Below are positions 24,299-36,093 of a DNA stretch of 64,000 nucleotides, piece by piece. Positions within the stretch are counted from its first letter, which is position 1. Each line of letters begins with the position of its first letter. The notes under the pieces were generated by a model. It ran no database searches. It was given only the letters and a program-made list of their open reading frames with translations, and had not been told where the DNA came from. The stretch is from Escherichia coli (GTDB lineage: Bacteria > Pseudomonadota > Gammaproteobacteria > Enterobacterales > Enterobacteriaceae): assembly GCF_050920415.1 (NCBI RefSeq), contig NZ_CP169309.1. The stretch is one strand, 5' to 3'. Position numbers and translations under genes: made by a program.

Positions 24299-27200
24299 TT
24301 AGTCAAACGGCGGTGGGGCCAGCACTTCACGATTACCGTTGTGCCCCTGTTCGCTGACAATCCCTTGCGCTTCCATCTGTTCGATAATACGCGCTGCACG
24401 GTTATAACCAATGCGGAACTGACGCTGTACGCCTGAAATTGACGCTTTGCGTTTTTCAGTGACAAACTGCACTGCCTGATCGAACAACGGATCCAATTCT
24501 TCAGCGCCATCGAAACCACCCGCACCACCTTCGCTTTCGCTGTCGGAGGTGATGCCGTCAACATACTGTGGGCGACCACGCGCTTTCCAGTCCTGCACCA
24601 CGGCATGAACTTCCTGATCGCGAACAAAAGCACCGTGGACACGTACTGGCAGCGTGGAGTTCGGCCCAGAGTAGAGCATATCCCCCATACCCAGCAGGGA
24701 TTCCGCGCCAGCCTGATCAAGAATGGTACGTGAGTCAATCTTACTGGATACGGTAAAGGCGATACGGGTCGGAATATTCGCTTTAATCAGACCAGTAATA
24801 ACATCAACCGATGGACGCTGAGTTGCCAGTACGAGGTGGATACCTGCAGCACGGGCTTTTTGCGCCAGACGTGCTATCAGCTCTTCCACTTTTTTACCTA
24901 CCGTCATCATCAGGTCGGCAAATTCGTCCACCAACACCACAATGTACGGTTCTTTTTTCAGCACCGGATGCTGGGCATCCATACTGTCACCCGGCTTCCA
25001 GTACGGGTCTGGAATCGGACGCATCATGCGATCGGCTTCAGCAATTTTTTCGTTATAACCCGCCAGATTACGCACACCCAGCGCAGACATCAGTTTGTAA
25101 CGACGCTCCATCTCGTTAACACACCAGCGCAGCGCGTTGGCGGCATCTTTCATATCGGTAACAACTTCCGTTAACAGGTGCGGAATGCCTTCATAAACCG
25201 AAAGCTCCAGCATTTTCGGGTCGATCATGATGAAACGCACATCTTCTGGCTGTGCTTTATAAAGCATGCTCAGGATCATCGCGTTCACACCGACAGATTT
25301 ACCGGAACCGGTAGTCCCCGCAACCAACAAGTGCGGCATCTTCGCCAGATCGGCAACCACCGGCTCACCGGCGATATCTTTACCCAGCACCACAGTTAAT
25401 GGTGACGGATTATCGCGGAACTTCGCATTATCAAGCACTTCGCGCAGATAAACGGTTTGTCGTTTTTTATTCGGTAACTCCAGACCTACATAAGGTTTGC
25501 CAGGAATAACTTCAACGACACGCACCGCCACCGTCGAAAGTGAACGGGCAAGGTCACGAGACAAGTTAGAAATGCGCGCCGCTTTTACGCCCGGTGCCAG
25601 ATTCAATTCAAAGCGAGTGATAACCGGTCCCGGAGAGTAATTGACGACATCGGCTTTAATACGGAAATCAGCCAGACGCGCTTCCACCAGGCGCGCCATT
25701 TGTTCAAGCGCAAAGGTATCTACCGGTTCCACTTCGCTCGGTGGCGGTGTCAGCAAATCCAGAGAAGGCAGCGGCGTCGTCGGTTTATGCAACGGACGGC
25801 TGTCGCCATTGCGCATCAACAGTGGATGAAGCAGGGTATCCTGCGGCTGCGGCGCAACCGGTTGTTGTGGCTGCTGATACTGCGGCTGCGGCGCAACTGG
25901 CTGTTGCGGCTGCTGATATTGCTGCTGTGGTGCAACCGGCTGTTGTGGCTGCTGATACTGCGGCTGTGGTGCAACCGGCTGTTGCGGCTGCTGATATTGC
26001 GGCTGCTGTGCAACCGGTTGTTGCGGCTGCTGGTATTGCTGCTGCGGCGCTATCGGTTGTTGCGGCTGCTGATACTGCGGCTGCGGCACTACCGGTTGTT
26101 GCGGCTGCTGTACAGGTTCAACAATTGGCGTAAACAGCGGTTCGTGTGGCCCATCATCCAGCAAAGCTTTCATTGGCGAAAATTCGAAATCATCCAGCGA
26201 GAACGGATTCGCCCCAGCTGGTTGTTCGCCCGAATAACGTTGCTGTTGAGTTTGAGCAAACTGACGAGCCAGTTCTGCCTCTGCTACAGCATCTGTATCT
26301 TCTGCGTTGACTGGCACATCATGTTGATACTGTTCGCCATAGCGTTGCTGCTGCGTCTGGGCGAACTGACGCGCCAGTTCATCCTGCTGCATCGCATCGA
26401 TTTCATCATCGTTATACTGATCGCCGGAATCGTACTGATTGCGCTGGGCTTCACGGGCTTTTTCTTCTGCTGCACGCTGTGAGGGCAGCTTAATGCCATA
26501 TGACGCCAGTTCACGACGAGTTGGCACGCGGATACGTTTCGGTCGTGGCAACTGCGGGCCAATCCCCTCTTTAACCTGCGGACGCGGTCCACCGCTATTT
26601 GCCAGACTGAAGACTGGTGCGGCAACGGTTGCGGCAGCCCCCGTCGCCAATGTCGCTTTTTTCACGCCAGATGCCAGAGGGGAAACAGCGGCAGCGGCTT
26701 CCACTGGAGGTACTGCTGCAACAGAAGGTGCTTTCAGCGAAGATTTGATCGGTTCTGGTTCTTTAACCGGTTCAGGAATCGGTTGATACCAGGCCGCAAG
26801 TTGTTCACGTTCACGGGCACGCTTCTCTTCCACTTCTTCAAAATAGTAAAGCGGCGGACGCGCGGGTTTTGTCTCTTCTACAATGGGTTCAGGCTCCACA
26901 ACAGGCTGCTGTTCAACGGGTTGCGGCTGTTGGTACAACGGCTCCTGAGCGGCTGGCTGCTGATAAGTTTGCTCAGTCTGGTATGTAGACTGTGGAGCAA
27001 AAGTGGATTGCTGCTCTTCGGCTTGCCAGGCGTTACCTGCCATCGATTGTTCTGGCGCAGGGGCGTAATACGGCTGTTGCGCAGACTGTTCCGCCGCAGT
27101 TGTGTAATACGGCTGCTGAACAGGTTGTTCCGGCGCAGGAGCGTAGTAAGGTTGTTGCACAGGCTGTTCAGCTGCAGGCGCATAATACGGCTGCTGTGGC

Positions 27201-28405
27201 TGTACAGGTTGTTGCAGCGGCTCATTATATTGCTCTGCAGGCTGCGCATATTGTGACTGCTGTGGGTAACCTTCCGGTGCAGGTGCAATAACCGGTTCTC
27301 CCGTTTGCGGCCCCGGTACAGGCTGCCAGGCTACTGTAGGTTGCGTAGGTGGAACATCAACAGAGGCAACTGGCGGCGTCTGAGTCACAGGTTCAACCGG
27401 TGCAGCCCAGCTTTGTGTCGCCGTGGTAGCAGCAGCTGCTACAGCAACAGGTTCGGTAATTGGCGCACCGTTTAATAATGGATCGTATTCGTCATATTCT
27501 GGCTGCGTTGCACGATTGCCCGAAAAGAGGACGTCGTCAGGGTCGGCAGCCACACCGCGTGCAGTGTAGGTAATCTCTTCTTCATCATCCATCCGCTTAC
27601 CGGAGAACAACGCAGCATCTGTTTGCCGCCCCATCGGATTAATAAATTTTTCCGCCAACCGTTTACGACGCGCTAACGCGCCGCGAAGAATACGGGCACG
27701 GCGCGATTCATGCTGTTTGCCGTGATTTTCATCTTCATATTCTTCGTCGTCTTCATACTCATCTTCATCGACCCAGGTATCATCGCGACGGGTACGATTA
27801 CTGGCGAAGGTGAGAATGTTTAAAATCCAGCCGCCAAGTTTTTCAGCAATGGTCACCCATGACCAACCGGTAAACAGTGTCAGGCCCGCCGCCCAAACGC
27901 AGAGCAGCGCAATAGTTCCCCCGCTACTGTGTAGCAGTGGTTGTAGCGTAGTGCTTAGTAAGCTGCCGATGACGCCACCGGAGGCAAAATACCAGATATC
28001 GTCAGCGTTGATTGCCGCCAGACCACAAGAGGTAAGGATGAGCGCCAAAACGCCAATGATGCGTAGCGAAACGGCAAAATAATCAATGTATTCGTCACTG
28101 GACTGATGACGCCAGGCAAACCAACAGCCGCCGACGATAATGACGGGAATGGTGTAAGCCATCACGCCAAAAATAAAGAACAGCGTATCTGCCAGCCACG
28201 CACCGGGCATCCCACCTAAATTATGGATAGGTTCATGCCAGGCCGTTTGCGACCAGCTGGGGTCCGAAGGGTTAAAGCTTAGTAAGGCAGCCATCAACCA
28301 GACGGCAAACAGGACAATAAGGATCAGCAACGCCTCCAGAAGGCGGCGGCCGCTACTTAACTTTGTCAATGTGACTTCTTTGTCTTCAGTGTATTCCTGG
28401 CTCAA
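24299..28405 (-). CDS. ftsK: DNA translocase FtsK
   Basis: 1368-aa ORF; N-terminal membrane domain, long Pro/Gln-rich linker, C-terminal motor with Walker A GTTGSGKS. Confidence 0.95.
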   Translation of the reverse strand: MSQEYTEDKEVTLTKLSSGRRLLEALLILIVLFAVWLMAALLSFNPSDPSWSQTAWHEPIHNLGGMPGAWLADTLFFIFGVMAYTIPVIIVGGCWFAWRHQSSDEYIDYFAVSLRIIGVLALILTSCGLAAINADDIWYFASGGVIGSLLSTTLQPLLHSSGGTIALLCVWAAGLTLFTGWSWVTIAEKLGGWILNILTFASNRTRRDDTWVDEDEYEDDEEYEDENHGKQHESRRARILRGALARRKRLAEKFINPMGRQTDAALFSGKRMDDEEEITYTARGVAADPDDVLFSGNRATQPEYDEYDPLLNGAPITEPVAVAAAATTATQSWAAPVEPVTQTPPVASVDVPPTQPTVAWQPVPGPQTGEPVIAPAPEGYPQQSQYAQPAEQYNEPLQQPVQPQQPYYAPAAEQPVQQPYYAPAPEQPVQQPYYTTAAEQSAQQPYYAPAPEQSMAGNAWQAEEQQSTFAPQSTYQTEQTYQQPAAQEPLYQQPQPVEQQPVVEPEPIVEETKPARPPLYYFEEVEEKRAREREQLAAWYQPIPEPVKEPEPIKSSLKAPSVAAVPPVEAAAAVSPLASGVKKATLATGAAATVAAPVFSLANSGGPRPQVKEGIGPQLPRPKRIRVPTRRELASYGIKLPSQRAAEEKAREAQRNQYDSGDQYNDDEIDAMQQDELARQFAQTQQQRYGEQYQHDVPVNAEDTDAVAEAELARQFAQTQQQRYSGEQPAGANPFSLDDFEFSPMKALLDDGPHEPLFTPIVEPVQQPQQPVVPQPQYQQPQQPIAPQQQYQQPQQPVAQQPQYQQPQQPVAPQPQYQQPQQPVAPQQQYQQPQQPVAPQPQYQQPQQPVAPQPQDTLLHPLLMRNGDSRPLHKPTTPLPSLDLLTPPPSEVEPVDTFALEQMARLVEARLADFRIKADVVNYSPGPVITRFELNLAPGVKAARISNLSRDLARSLSTVAVRVVEVIPGKPYVGLELPNKKRQTVYLREVLDNAKFRDNPSPLTVVLGKDIAGEPVVADLAKMPHLLVAGTTGSGKSVGVNAMILSMLYKAQPEDVRFIMIDPKMLELSVYEGIPHLLTEVVTDMKDAANALRWCVNEMERRYKLMSALGVRNLAGYNEKIAEADRMMRPIPDPYWKPGDSMDAQHPVLKKEPYIVVLVDEFADLMMTVGKKVEELIARLAQKARAAGIHLVLATQRPSVDVITGLIKANIPTRIAFTVSSKIDSRTILDQAGAESLLGMGDMLYSGPNSTLPVRVHGAFVRDQEVHAVVQDWKARGRPQYVDGITSDSESEGGAGGFDGAEELDPLFDQAVQFVTEKRKASISGVQRQFRIGYNRAARIIEQMEAQGIVSEQGHNGNREVLAPPPFD
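25845..26115. repeat. tandem 39-bp repeats (about 6-7 copies) in the ftsK linker, encoding [13 protein letters not shown]-type units
   Basis: Repeated ggctgctgatactgcggctgcggcgcaac(c/t)gg(c/t)tgttgc units read directly in the DNA. Confidence 0.85.
27040..27200. repeat. second tandem repeat block in the ftsK linker (about 4 copies, encoding [13 protein letters not shown]-type units)
   Basis: Repeated ggcgcagg.gcgtaatacggctg.tg.acaggttgttc units. Confidence 0.8.
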
Positions 28406-28539
28406 GAAAGGCTCTCCAGGTTACAGGCTTTTCCTGCCCGATGCTAAAACGGACAACAGTACCAGGTTACCCCAGTACTGTTGCTGTATGGATTAACAGG
28501 AGTGTAATCAAAATACGCCGATTTTGCACCTGTTCCGTG

Positions 28540-29034
28540 TTAGCGCGTCTTAATAACCAGACGATTACTCTGCTTGACTTCTTCCATAACAACGTATGTC
28601 CGCGTGTCATTGACGCCAGGCAGACGCAGCAGGGTTTCCCCCAGCAACTTACGGTAAGCTGACATATCCGGCACGCGTGTTTTCAACAGGTAGTCGAAAT
28701 CGCCGGATACTAAATGACACTCCTGAATTTCTTCAAGTTTTTGTACAGCAGTATTGAATTGTTCAAACACATCCGGTGCGCCACGATTCAGAGTAATCTC
28801 AACGAATACCAGAAGTGATGCATCCAGATAATGGGGGTTCAGCAGCGCTGTATAGCCCTGAATAAACCCTTGTCTTTCCAGCCGACGCACACGCTCAAGG
28901 CACGGCGTTGGGGAAAGTCCCACACGTTTAGAAAGCTCGACGTTAGAAATACGCCCATCCTTTTGCAACTCATTAAGAATGTTACGATCGATACGGTCGA
29001 GATCTTTGCCAGGGCGCTTCTTGCTATCTACCAT
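28540..29034 (-). CDS. lrp: leucine-responsive regulatory protein
   Basis: Internal start gives MVDSKKRPGKDLDRIDRNILNELQKDGRISNVELSKRVGLSPTPCLERV; 164 aa. Confidence 0.95.
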   Translation of the reverse strand: MVDSKKRPGKDLDRIDRNILNELQKDGRISNVELSKRVGLSPTPCLERVRRLERQGFIQGYTALLNPHYLDASLLVFVEITLNRGAPDVFEQFNTAVQKLEEIQECHLVSGDFDYLLKTRVPDMSAYRKLLGETLLRLPGVNDTRTYVVMEEVKQSNRLVIKTR

Positions 29035-29460
29035 TATTATTGTCTCTCTGTATTCCTTCCCTACTCCTGTCTGACCCTGAAACATCACTGTTCAGAGTCG
29101 CTACCCGTCACGATAGACCGAAATCATTAAGATTCACGGCGCGCAATGCCTGGTCTACGGTGAGAAGACCGTTGCCTGGTGGCAGCTATCGACATCACGA
29201 ATGGCGTCTGTCCACGCCATACGTAGATTTCACTAGCACGGTAAACATGGTATTTACATGCATGGTTATGCGCATATAAGAATACTGTTTTTTTTCTTCC
29301 TCGAATGTTTTCGCAAAACACCAGGGGATTGTCAAAGCAAAACATCGATTTTTAGTACAACATGCCAGATATTCATTAACAGGGGCGTTTATTCATCATT
29401 TAATCGGCTTATAAAGCGGGAAATTTAAGTAGCAGAGGTGATAATGACTGGAGAATTTGA

Positions 29461-30543
<1,083 letters not shown>

Positions 30544-30665
30544 TTTTACAAATCAGTAACAAAAGTAAAGAAGGCGACACCATGCGACTATGGGTCGCCT
30601 TTATTTTTTCCCCGTTGTAACATTGCTCTGCAAATAATTCTGATAACTCACCTGCTAAGCGTGCA

Positions 30666-32432
30666 ATGAATAAATCCCGTCAAAAAGAGTTAACCCGCTG
30701 GTTAAAACAGCAAAGCGTCATCTCCCAACGTTGGCTGAATATTTCTCGTCTACTGGGCTTTGTGAGCGGCATATTGATCATTGCCCAGGCCTGGTTCATG
30801 GCGCGTATTCTGCAACATATGATTATGGAGAGTATTCCCCGTGAAGCCCTGCTGCTTCCCTTTACGTTACTGGTTCTGACCTTTGTACTGCGCGCATGGG
30901 TGGTCTGGTTACGCGAACGAGTGGGTTATCACGCCGGGCAGCATATCCGCTTTGCCATCCGCCGTCAGGTTCTCGACCGTCTGCAACAAGCAGGGCCAGC
31001 GTGGATTCAGGGTAAACCGGCGGGGAGCTGGGCGACGCTGGTACTCGAGCAAATTGACGATATGCATGATTACTATGCACGCTACCTGCCGCAAATGGCG
31101 CTGGCAGTGTCGGTGCCGTTGCTGATTGTGGTGGCTATCTTCCCCTCTAACTGGGCTGCGGCGCTCATTCTGCTGGGCACTGCTCCGTTAATTCCGTTAT
31201 TTATGGCGCTGGTTGGAATGGGGGCTGCCGATGCTAACCGACGCAACTTTCTCGCTCTTGCTCGCTTAAGTGGGCATTTTCTCGATCGCCTGCGCGGCAT
31301 GGAAACATTGCGTATTTTTGGTCGTGGTGAAGCTGAAATTGAAAGTATTCGTTCTGCTTCGGAAGATTTCCGCCAACGGACAATGGAAGTGCTACGGCTG
31401 GCGTTTTTATCCTCCGGCATTCTCGAATTTTTTACCTCGCTGTCAATTGCTCTGGTCGCGGTCTACTTTGGTTTTTCCTATCTCGGTGAGCTGGATTTTG
31501 GGCACTACGATACTGGCGTGACGCTGGCTGCGGGGTTTCTGGCCCTGATCCTTGCGCCGGAGTTTTTCCAGCCATTGCGCGATCTGGGTACGTTTTATCA
31601 TGCTAAAGCCCAGGCTGTTGGCGCGGCAGACAGTCTGAAAACGTTTATGGAAACCCCGCTCGCCCATCCGCAGCGCGGTGAGGCTGAATTAACGTCGGCC
31701 GATCCGGTGACCATTGAGGCCGAGGATCTGTTTATCACGTCGCCGGAAGGTAAAACGCTGGCCGGACCGTTGAACTTTACTTTGCCAGCAGGCCAACGAG
31801 CGGTGTTGGTTGGTCGTAGCGGTTCAGGTAAAAGCTCACTACTGAATGCGCTTTCCGGTTTTCTTTCATATCAGGGATCGCTACGAATCAACGGAATAGA
31901 ATTACGTGATTTATCACCGGAATCATGGCGTAAGCATCTCTCCTGGGTTGGTCAAAATCCACAATTACCAGCAGCAACACTACGAGATAACGTACTGCTG
32001 GCACGACCTGATGCCAGCGAACAAGAGTTACAAACAGCACTGGATAACGCGTGGGTCAGTGAGTTTCTACCGCTCCTGCCACAAGGCGTTGATACGCCTG
32101 TTGGCGACCAGGCTGCCCGCCTTTCCGTAGGCCAGGCACAACGTGTGGCGGTGGCGCGTGCATTACTGAATCCCTGTTCGCTATTACTGTTGGATGAACC
32201 CGCAGCAAGCCTTGATGCTCACAGTGAACAGCGCGTAATGGAGGCGCTGAATGCCGCCTCTCTGCGCCAGACAACGTTAATGGTCACCCACCAGTTAGAA
32301 GATCTTGCTGACTGGGATGTCATTTGGGTAATGCAGGATGGTCAGATTATCGAGCAAGGACGTTACGCGGAATTAAGCGTGGCTGGTGGTCCTTTCGCCA
32401 CATTGCTGGCCCATCGTCAGGAGGAGATTTAA
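30666..32432 (+). CDS. cydD: glutathione/cysteine ABC exporter subunit CydD
   Basis: 588-aa ORF; transmembrane domain plus ABC ATPase (GRSGSGKSS). Confidence 0.95.
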   Translation: MNKSRQKELTRWLKQQSVISQRWLNISRLLGFVSGILIIAQAWFMARILQHMIMESIPREALLLPFTLLVLTFVLRAWVVWLRERVGYHAGQHIRFAIRRQVLDRLQQAGPAWIQGKPAGSWATLVLEQIDDMHDYYARYLPQMALAVSVPLLIVVAIFPSNWAAALILLGTAPLIPLFMALVGMGAADANRRNFLALARLSGHFLDRLRGMETLRIFGRGEAEIESIRSASEDFRQRTMEVLRLAFLSSGILEFFTSLSIALVAVYFGFSYLGELDFGHYDTGVTLAAGFLALILAPEFFQPLRDLGTFYHAKAQAVGAADSLKTFMETPLAHPQRGEAELTSADPVTIEAEDLFITSPEGKTLAGPLNFTLPAGQRAVLVGRSGSGKSSLLNALSGFLSYQGSLRINGIELRDLSPESWRKHLSWVGQNPQLPAATLRDNVLLARPDASEQELQTALDNAWVSEFLPLLPQGVDTPVGDQAARLSVGQAQRVAVARALLNPCSLLLLDEPAASLDAHSEQRVMEALNAASLRQTTLMVTHQLEDLADWDVIWVMQDGQIIEQGRYAELSVAGGPFATLLAHRQEEI

Positions 32433-34154
32433 ATGCGCGCTTTGCTACCCTATCTGGCACTGTATAAACGTCATAAATGGATGTTAAGTCTTGGTATTGT
32501 GCTGGCAATTGTCACGCTGCTCGCCAGTATCGGTCTGTTGACACTTTCCGGCTGGTTCCTCTCGGCCTCAGCGGTAGCGGGGGTTGCCGGACTGTACAGC
32601 TTCAACTATATGCTACCCGCTGCGGGCGTGCGTGGTGCAGCAATCACCCGTACTGCCGGGCGCTATTTTGAACGTCTGGTAAGTCACGACGCGACTTTCC
32701 GCGTGTTGCAGCATCTGCGCATTTACACCTTCAGCAAATTGCTACCCCTCTCCCCTGCCGGACTGGCGCGCTATCGTCAGGGCGAATTGCTCAACCGCGT
32801 CGTGGCGGATGTTGATACGCTCGATCATCTTTACCTGCGCGTTATCTCGCCGCTGGTAGGCGCTTTTGTAGTGATTATGGTGGTGACTATCGGGTTAAGT
32901 TTTCTTGATTTCACCCTCGCCTTTACGCTGGGTGGCATTATGTTACTGACGCTTTTCCTGATGCCACCGCTGTTTTATCGTGCGGGAAAAAGCACCGGGC
33001 AAAATCTGACTCATCTTCGCGGGCAGTATCGCCAACAACTGACAGCCTGGCTGCAAGGGCAAGCTGAGCTGACCATTTTTGGTGCCAGCGATCGTTATCG
33101 CACGCAATTAGAGAATACTGAAATTCAGTGGCTGGAAGCGCAACGCCGTCAATCTGAACTGACAGCTTTGTCGCAAGCAATAATGCTGTTAATTGGCGCG
33201 TTAGCGGTGATCCTGATGCTGTGGATGGCGTCTGGCGGCGTTGGTGGCAATACTCAACCAGGCGCGTTAATTGCCCTGTTTGTCTTCTGTGCGTTAGCCG
33301 CGTTTGAAGCACTGGCACCAGTAACGGGTGCATTTCAGCATCTGGGGCAAGTCATTGCCTCTGCCGTACGGATCACCGATTTAACGGATCAAAAACCTGA
33401 AGTCACCTTCCCTGATACCCAAACCCGTGTTGCCGATTGCGTTTCGCTGACGTTACGGGATGTTCAGTTCACTTATCCGGAGCAGTCCCAACAGGCACTT
33501 AAAGGGATTTCTCTTCAGGTAAACGCCGGAGAACATATGGCGATTCTCGGGCGAACCGGATGCGGTAAATCAACATTGTTACAACTGCTGACCCGCGCAT
33601 GGGACCCGCAACAGGGCGAGATTTTAATTAACGATAGCCCCATAGCCAGCCTGAACGAAGCAACTCTACGACAGACCATCAGCGTTGTGCCACAGCGAGT
33701 GCATCTGTTTAGCGCCACACTGCGTGATAATCTGTTACTCGCCTCGCCTGGCAGTAGTGATGAAGTTTTGGCGGAGATCTTGCGTCGAGTTGGTCTGGAG
33801 AAGCTGCTCGAGGATGCAGGTCTCAACAGTTGGTTAGGTGAAGGCGGACGCCAGCTCTCCGGTGGTGAACTGCGCCGTCTGGCTATCGCCCGTGCGCTGT
33901 TACATGATGCGCCACTGGTATTGCTGGATGAACCTACCGAAGGCTTAGATGCCACAACTGAAAGTCAGATCCTTGAATTACTTGCAGAAATGATGCGTGA
34001 GAAAACGGTGTTAATGGTCACCCATCGACTTCGCGGGCTCTCTCGTTTCCAGCAAATAATAGTGATGGACAACGGGCAAATTATTGAGCAAGGTACTCAC
34101 GCAGAACTGCTTGCCCGACAGGGGCGTTATTACCAGTTTAAGCAGGGTTTGTAA
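32433..34154 (+). CDS. cydC: glutathione/cysteine ABC exporter subunit CydC
   Basis: 573-aa ORF; ABC ATPase (GRTGCGKST); contiguous with cydD. Confidence 0.95.
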   Translation: MRALLPYLALYKRHKWMLSLGIVLAIVTLLASIGLLTLSGWFLSASAVAGVAGLYSFNYMLPAAGVRGAAITRTAGRYFERLVSHDATFRVLQHLRIYTFSKLLPLSPAGLARYRQGELLNRVVADVDTLDHLYLRVISPLVGAFVVIMVVTIGLSFLDFTLAFTLGGIMLLTLFLMPPLFYRAGKSTGQNLTHLRGQYRQQLTAWLQGQAELTIFGASDRYRTQLENTEIQWLEAQRRQSELTALSQAIMLLIGALAVILMLWMASGGVGGNTQPGALIALFVFCALAAFEALAPVTGAFQHLGQVIASAVRITDLTDQKPEVTFPDTQTRVADCVSLTLRDVQFTYPEQSQQALKGISLQVNAGEHMAILGRTGCGKSTLLQLLTRAWDPQQGEILINDSPIASLNEATLRQTISVVPQRVHLFSATLRDNLLLASPGSSDEVLAEILRRVGLEKLLEDAGLNSWLGEGGRQLSGGELRRLAIARALLHDAPLVLLDEPTEGLDATTESQILELLAEMMREKTVLMVTHRLRGLSRFQQIIVMDNGQIIEQGTHAELLARQGRYYQFKQGL

Positions 34155-34195
34155 GCTATTATTGAACGATCCGACTTGCGTGGAGTTTTGCGGTC

Positions 34196-34900
34196 ATGCG
34201 CCTGGTTCAGCTTTCTCGCCATTCAATAGCCTTCCCTTCCCCGGAAGGCGCATTACGTGAGCCTAACGGCCTGCTGGCACTGGGGGGCGATCTTAGCCCT
34301 GCGCGCCTGTTAATGGCTTATCAGCGTGGTATTTTTCCGTGGTTTTCTCCAGGCGACCCCATCCTCTGGTGGTCGCCCGATCCTCGCGCGGTACTATGGC
34401 CTGAATCATTGCATATCAGCCGTAGTATGAAACGATTTCATAAACACTCGCCCTATCGTGTCACGATGAATTACGCCTTTGGTCAGGTCATTGAAGGCTG
34501 TGCCAGCGATCGCGAAGAAGGAACCTGGATCACGCGTGGCGTGGTCGAAGCCTACCATCGCCTTCACGAACTCGGTCATGCCCACTCCATCGAAGTCTGG
34601 TGTGAAGATGAGCTTGTTGGCGGTATGTACGGCGTGGCCCAGGGAACGCTATTTTGTGGCGAGTCCATGTTCAGCCGGATGGAAAACGCGTCCAAAACGG
34701 CGCTACTGGTCTTCTGTGAGGAATTTATCCGTCACGGTGGCAAACTTATCGACTGCCAGGTCCTTAACGATCACACAGCTTCGCTTGGTGCCTGCGAAAT
34801 TCCCCGCCGGGATTATCTAAATTATCTCAATCAAATGCGCCTCGGACGATTGCCGAATAATTTCTGGGTACCACGGTGCTTGTTTTCACCACAAGAATGA
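34196..34900 (+). CDS. aat: leucyl/phenylalanyl-tRNA--protein transferase
   Basis: 234-aa ORF in the conserved position between cydC and infA. Confidence 0.9.
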   Translation: MRLVQLSRHSIAFPSPEGALREPNGLLALGGDLSPARLLMAYQRGIFPWFSPGDPILWWSPDPRAVLWPESLHISRSMKRFHKHSPYRVTMNYAFGQVIEGCASDREEGTWITRGVVEAYHRLHELGHAHSIEVWCEDELVGGMYGVAQGTLFCGESMFSRMENASKTALLVFCEEFIRHGGKLIDCQVLNDHTASLGACEIPRRDYLNYLNQMRLGRLPNNFWVPRCLFSPQE

Positions 34901-35181
34901 ATGTTTTCGGCACATTTCTCCCCAGAGTGTTATAATTGCGGTCGCAGAGTTGGTTACGCTCATTACCCCGCTGCCGATAAGGAATTTTTCGCGTCAGGTA
35001 ACGCCCATCGTTTATCTCACCGCTCCCTTATACGTTGCGCTTTTGGTGCGGCTTAGCCGTGTGTTTTCGGAGTAATGTGCCGAACCTGTTTGTTGCGATT
35101 TAGCGCGCAAATCTTTACTTATTTACAGAACTTCGGCATTATCTTGCCGGTTCAAATTACGGTAGTGATACCCCAGAGGAT

Positions 35182-35403
<222 letters not shown>

Positions 35404-35444
35404 TTGTTTTACCGCCTGATGGGCGAAGAGAAAGAACGCGTAAA

Positions 35445-35467
35445 AGGTCGGTTTAACCGGCCTTTTT
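35445..35467 (+). terminator. rho-independent terminator downstream of infA
   Basis: aggtcggtt-taa-ccggcct hairpin followed by TTTTTATTTT. Confidence 0.65.
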
Positions 35468-35577
35468 ATTTTGTACGAAGAACGTTGGAAGTATAAGTAC
35501 ATAACTTGTCTCGATGTAGATATACTGCACAACTTGTTTACAGTATGAGCAAACGAGAATTGTCAGTAAAATTCTTC

Positions 35578-35606
35578 TTGACCGTTTTACTCCAACTCCC
35601 TATAGT
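35578..35606 (+). promoter_or_regulatory. candidate serW promoter (TTGACC -35, 17-bp spacer, TATAGT -10, GC-rich discriminator)
   Basis: Hexamers read at 35578-35583 and 35601-35606; gcgccccg discriminator typical of stringently controlled tRNA promoters. Confidence 0.55.
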
Positions 35607-35649
35607 AGCGCCCCGTTGCCCCCCATGAGGTCAGGCAGCAAAACAATTT

Positions 35650-35737
35650 GGTGAGGTGTCCGAGTGGCTGAAGGAGCACGCCTGGAAAGTGTGTATACGG
35701 CAACGTATCGGGGGTTCGAATCCCCCCCTCACCGCCA
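35650..35737 (+). tRNA. serW: tRNA-Ser (anticodon GGA)
   Basis: GGTGAGGTGTCCGAGTGGCTGAAGGAGCACGCCTGGAAAGTGTG...GGTTCGAATCCCCCCCTCACCGCCA; long variable arm; 88 nt. Confidence 0.95.
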
Positions 35738-35750
35738 TATTTGAAGAAGA

Positions 35751-35779
35751 GCTCGTACGAAAGTACGGGCTTTTTTTCG
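35751..35779 (+). terminator. rho-independent terminator downstream of serW
   Basis: ctcgtac-gaaa-gtacggg hairpin followed by TTTTTTT. Confidence 0.65.
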
Positions 35780-36028
35780 CATTTTATCTGCCTGTACGGC
35801 AGTGAACAAAATTACAAAGCATCAAAACCAGGGAATAGTTTTCTAAGCTGCCTGTACGGCAGTGAACTCAAATACTACACGTCTAGCCCGTTGTTAATAA
35901 AGCAAAACCATCTCATTTTCCTGCTGCCCCCCCCCCCCCCCCCCCTTTTTTATCCTTACCTTTCAGCTGCACTACTTATCAACAACTTACCATCATCATC
36001 AAAAAAAGGGTCTGAACCTCCTCCACCC

Positions 36029-36062
36029 CATAAATAAAAAGTCCGTAACCTCTTTCGAGATT
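36029..36062 (-). terminator. rho-independent terminator downstream of clpA
   Basis: gtccgtaa...ttacggac inverted repeat followed by a T-run on the minus strand. Confidence 0.6.
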
Positions 36063-36093
36063 ACGGACTTCACCAACCTACCTAACAATTAGA

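Noticed and set aside
25700-26482. 260-aa plus-strand ORF (and the overlapping 25741..26133 ORF) inside ftsK
   Set aside because: Antisense to the repetitive ftsK linker; the reading frame stays open only because of the tandem repeats (poly-Leu/Arg and poly-Ala products)
35741-36037. 98-aa ORF spanning the serW-clpA spacer
   Set aside because: It runs through the serW terminator, both 20-bp repeats and the poly-C tract (giving a PPPPPP run); no ribosome-binding site and no protein-like composition
35650-36093. Prophage or integrative island at the serW hotspot
   Set aside because: No integrase, no duplicated tRNA 3' end and no cargo genes; the serW-clpA spacer is only about 350 bp, so at most a scar is present (see the poly-C and direct-repeat findings)
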